In this document: piece by piece, positions 61,788-64,000 of the stretch
Layout of the letters: every line of letters begins with the position of its first letter
Position numbering within the stretch: position 1 is the first letter of the stretch
Assembly (NCBI GenBank): GCA_002269645.1
Contig: NIVC01002504.1
Span: 102,673-166,672 of the forward strand
From: Macrostomum lignano
Taxonomy: Eukaryota
Length of the DNA: 64,000 bases
Reading direction: 5' to 3'
Made by a program: the position numbers and the translations under genes
The notes under the pieces: generated by a model
Database searches by the model: none
What the model saw: only the letters and a program-made list of their open reading frames with translations
What the model was told of the DNA's origin: nothing

Positions 61788-62682
61788 AAACTGCACTAGC
61801 ATGCGCTTGCACTACTGTCCTTAAGTAGCTAGTTGTAGCTGTTTAACTATTATCTGCGGTGTCGGTCTGTTTATGGACTTTTTCAATTTTATCTGTTATT
61901 TTTCCATCCCTCACTTTTCTCTCGCTTTGGTAGTACGCTCGTAAAATATTTTTTATCGTTTTCTTATCAGTGCCTCGTTTAATTTTACCTATAGCAGTAG
62001 ATAGTGCCTACTATTGTATTTTTTCTCTTCAACTTTATTACTTTAATTGTTGGTCTTTTAACAGTTTTTAAATTTGGTTGGGCAGACAATTTTCAGCTTA
62101 ATCTTTTTTGCGGCTGTTTTTTTGTAATTAGCTTGGGCGTCTTATCTGTGACAAACAATATAAAGAAATATTTTATGGACCAATTTATAGGCTGGCGTCT
62201 GTTTTTACTCGCATTCTGCAAATACTTGTTTCTGCCTTCCCTGTGTGTTTCAGTTTGTAGGGTTTCTCTCAGACATGCCGTCTGACAGACAGACAGACAG
62301 ACAGCGCGCTTATGCTACAGCGTGTCAAAAGTGCGCGCCTCTGCCAGTGCGCTCTTGTGCCAGTGTGCGCCTCTGCTAGTGCGCGCTTGTGCACACAATC
62401 ACAAATTAAAAGTAAACATTTTTAAAGCTTTACATAATCACCTTAGTATAAGGATGAAGACCTGGATAAAGTAGAACAGGGCAATGGAGATTCCACCGCT
62501 CAGTAGGGGCAAAATGAACCAGGACGCCACTGAAATCGGATAAGTTGTATGCGCTGCTGAAGTGAAGATAATACTGGCTTAACTACAGCTTGAATGAGAC
62601 TGTGCTTAGATACCAGCTCGAAAACTGAGTCTAAAGCCGTGCAAGGTATTCTTCAAACTGATAAAATATCAAGTCCATCTGA

Positions 62683-62830
62683 CCCAAGAATGCTCAAGCC
62701 TACCCAATAATCTTCCATGCTGACCCAAGAATAGCCTCACCCAAGAATCTCCTATCCTGACCCAAGAATCTTCCATGCTGACCCAAGAATAGCCTCACCC
62801 AAGAATCTCCTATCCTGACCCAAGAACCTT
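62683..62830. repeat. Compound minisatellite on an ACCCAAGAAT core
   Basis: About 8 ACCCAAGAA units, including a higher-order duplication. Confidence 0.85.
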
Positions 62831-63123
62831 CATTCTGCGGAAGACACCGACTGGCACGCTCTAATGATCTGTAGAATCTCAAATCTGAGTTTATTACTAC
62901 AGCTTGGCAATTCCTGATTGATTTTCCCGAATTCCCCCATTTGAATACATTAGAATTTTTCGGAATCTCCGCCATTGAATATCTGGAAAGCTGATTAAGC
63001 TAGAGCCTCAAGCACTGCAGAGGAAAAGTAGCAAATATATATTATTCGCGATCCACTCTGCAAGATCTCTTTCAACCTGAGTTATTTTGTTAAGAATAGC
63101 TGCGATAACTCCAGTGCCAATGG

Positions 63124-63422
63124 ATCAGTGTGGCGAGATCAAGCGCCACCCAAAGACAGCACTCCCAAATACAGCGCCCCCATGGAAGGGCAGTGTGTTC
63201 TCGCGCAGTATGTTTGTTGCATAGATAATTTGCTATAGCACATTTCCTCTGGTGACCAGTCCAGTAATGTGTATTGACAGTCGCAAAGTCATTCGCTATG
63301 CGCATAAAACACGATTCTACCTTTCATATCCTTTTTGCACTACTTAGTAGTGCGGCTGAAGTACGCGAGGTAAAATAATTTCTTAGCAGCCAAAAATAAC
63401 AGTCTAAAGAGAAAAAAGAATA
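63124..63422 (+). repeat. About 300-bp direct repeat, copy 1
   Basis: Matches 63704..64000 apart from single-base homopolymer differences. Confidence 0.95.
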
Positions 63423-63456
63423 AATAATTCTTCTTAGACAGTGCAGTATCCAAGAA

Positions 63457-63702
63457 TATTCTATTCTATTGTATTCTATTCTATATTCTATTCTATTCTA
63501 TCTATTCTATTCTATTCTATTCTATTCTATTCTATTCTATTCTATTCTATTCCTCTGCCACCGAAGAGCAGCAGCTTCTGTGGGGCTCCGGTTTGGGGCC
63601 TCTGCAGCCCGATGGCCTCCTGCTGCCACCACCGGCTTGCGCTGCTGGGTGAGTCCGGGGAGAGAGGGCGGATCTCAGAGGGCTGGTAAGAATCTCGCCC
63701 AA
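63457..63702 (-). mobile_element. Short retroposon 3' fragment with an (AATAG)n tail
   Basis: A GC-rich body of about 150 bp ends in a (TTCTA)n tract (63457-63552) on the plus strand, as expected for a microsatellite-tailed LINE/SINE on the minus strand. Confidence 0.5.
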
Positions 63703-63703
63703 A

Positions 63704-64000
63704 ATCAGTGTGGCGAGATCAAGCGCCACCCAAAGACAGCACTCCCAAATACAGCGCCCCCATGGAAGGGCAGTGTGTTCTCGCGCAGTATGTTTGTTGC
63801 ATAGATAATTTGCTATAGCACATTTCCTCTGGTGACCAGTCCAGTAATGTGTATTGACAGTCGCAAAGTCATTCGCTATGCGCATAAAACACGATTCTAC
63901 CTTTCATATCCTTTTTGCACTACTTAGTAGTGCGGCTGAAGTACGCGAGGTAAAATAATTCTTAGCAGCCAAAAATAACAGTCTAAAGAGAAAAAGAATA
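63704..64000 (+). repeat. About 300-bp direct repeat, copy 2 (runs off the window end)
   Basis: See copy 1. Confidence 0.95.

Noticed and set aside
62004-62285. Small membrane-protein ORF
   Set aside because: Starts at GTG in T-rich probable 3' UTR; the hydrophobicity is explained by base composition.

Overview
Repeat-saturated animal (invertebrate-like) genomic DNA with spliceosomal introns. It is almost entirely a nest of mobile elements. 1-41 kb: three CMC/EnSpm(CACTA)-type units with different accessory genes (BEN-domain, DUF4806-type N-terminus, SAMD3-like), two Ty3/Gypsy relics (one split by a piggyBac at a TTAA that restores the integrase frame), a BEL/Pao relic, a 5'-truncated RTE-like LINE with a 10-bp TSD, a THAP/P-like fragment, a tRNA-derived SINE and a Polinton/Maverick-type virion module (major capsid, minor capsid, further conserved genes). 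41.8-49.9 kb: a 159-bp satellite with two interchangeable 49-bp tails. 52.7-59.9 kb: an apparently intact three-exon KDZ (Kyakuja-Dileera-Zisupton) transposase followed by a C2H2-zinc-finger/PR-Set7(SETD8)-like SET gene; both are followed by the same 292-bp structured sequence. This is the best candidate for an undescribed system (a DNA transposon carrying its own DNA-binding histone methyltransferase). 60.3-61.8 kb: 3' exons of a probable host MAP3K12/13(DLK)-like gene. Family calls come from motif recognition by eye, not database searches. Many frameshifts could be long-read homopolymer errors rather than true decay.
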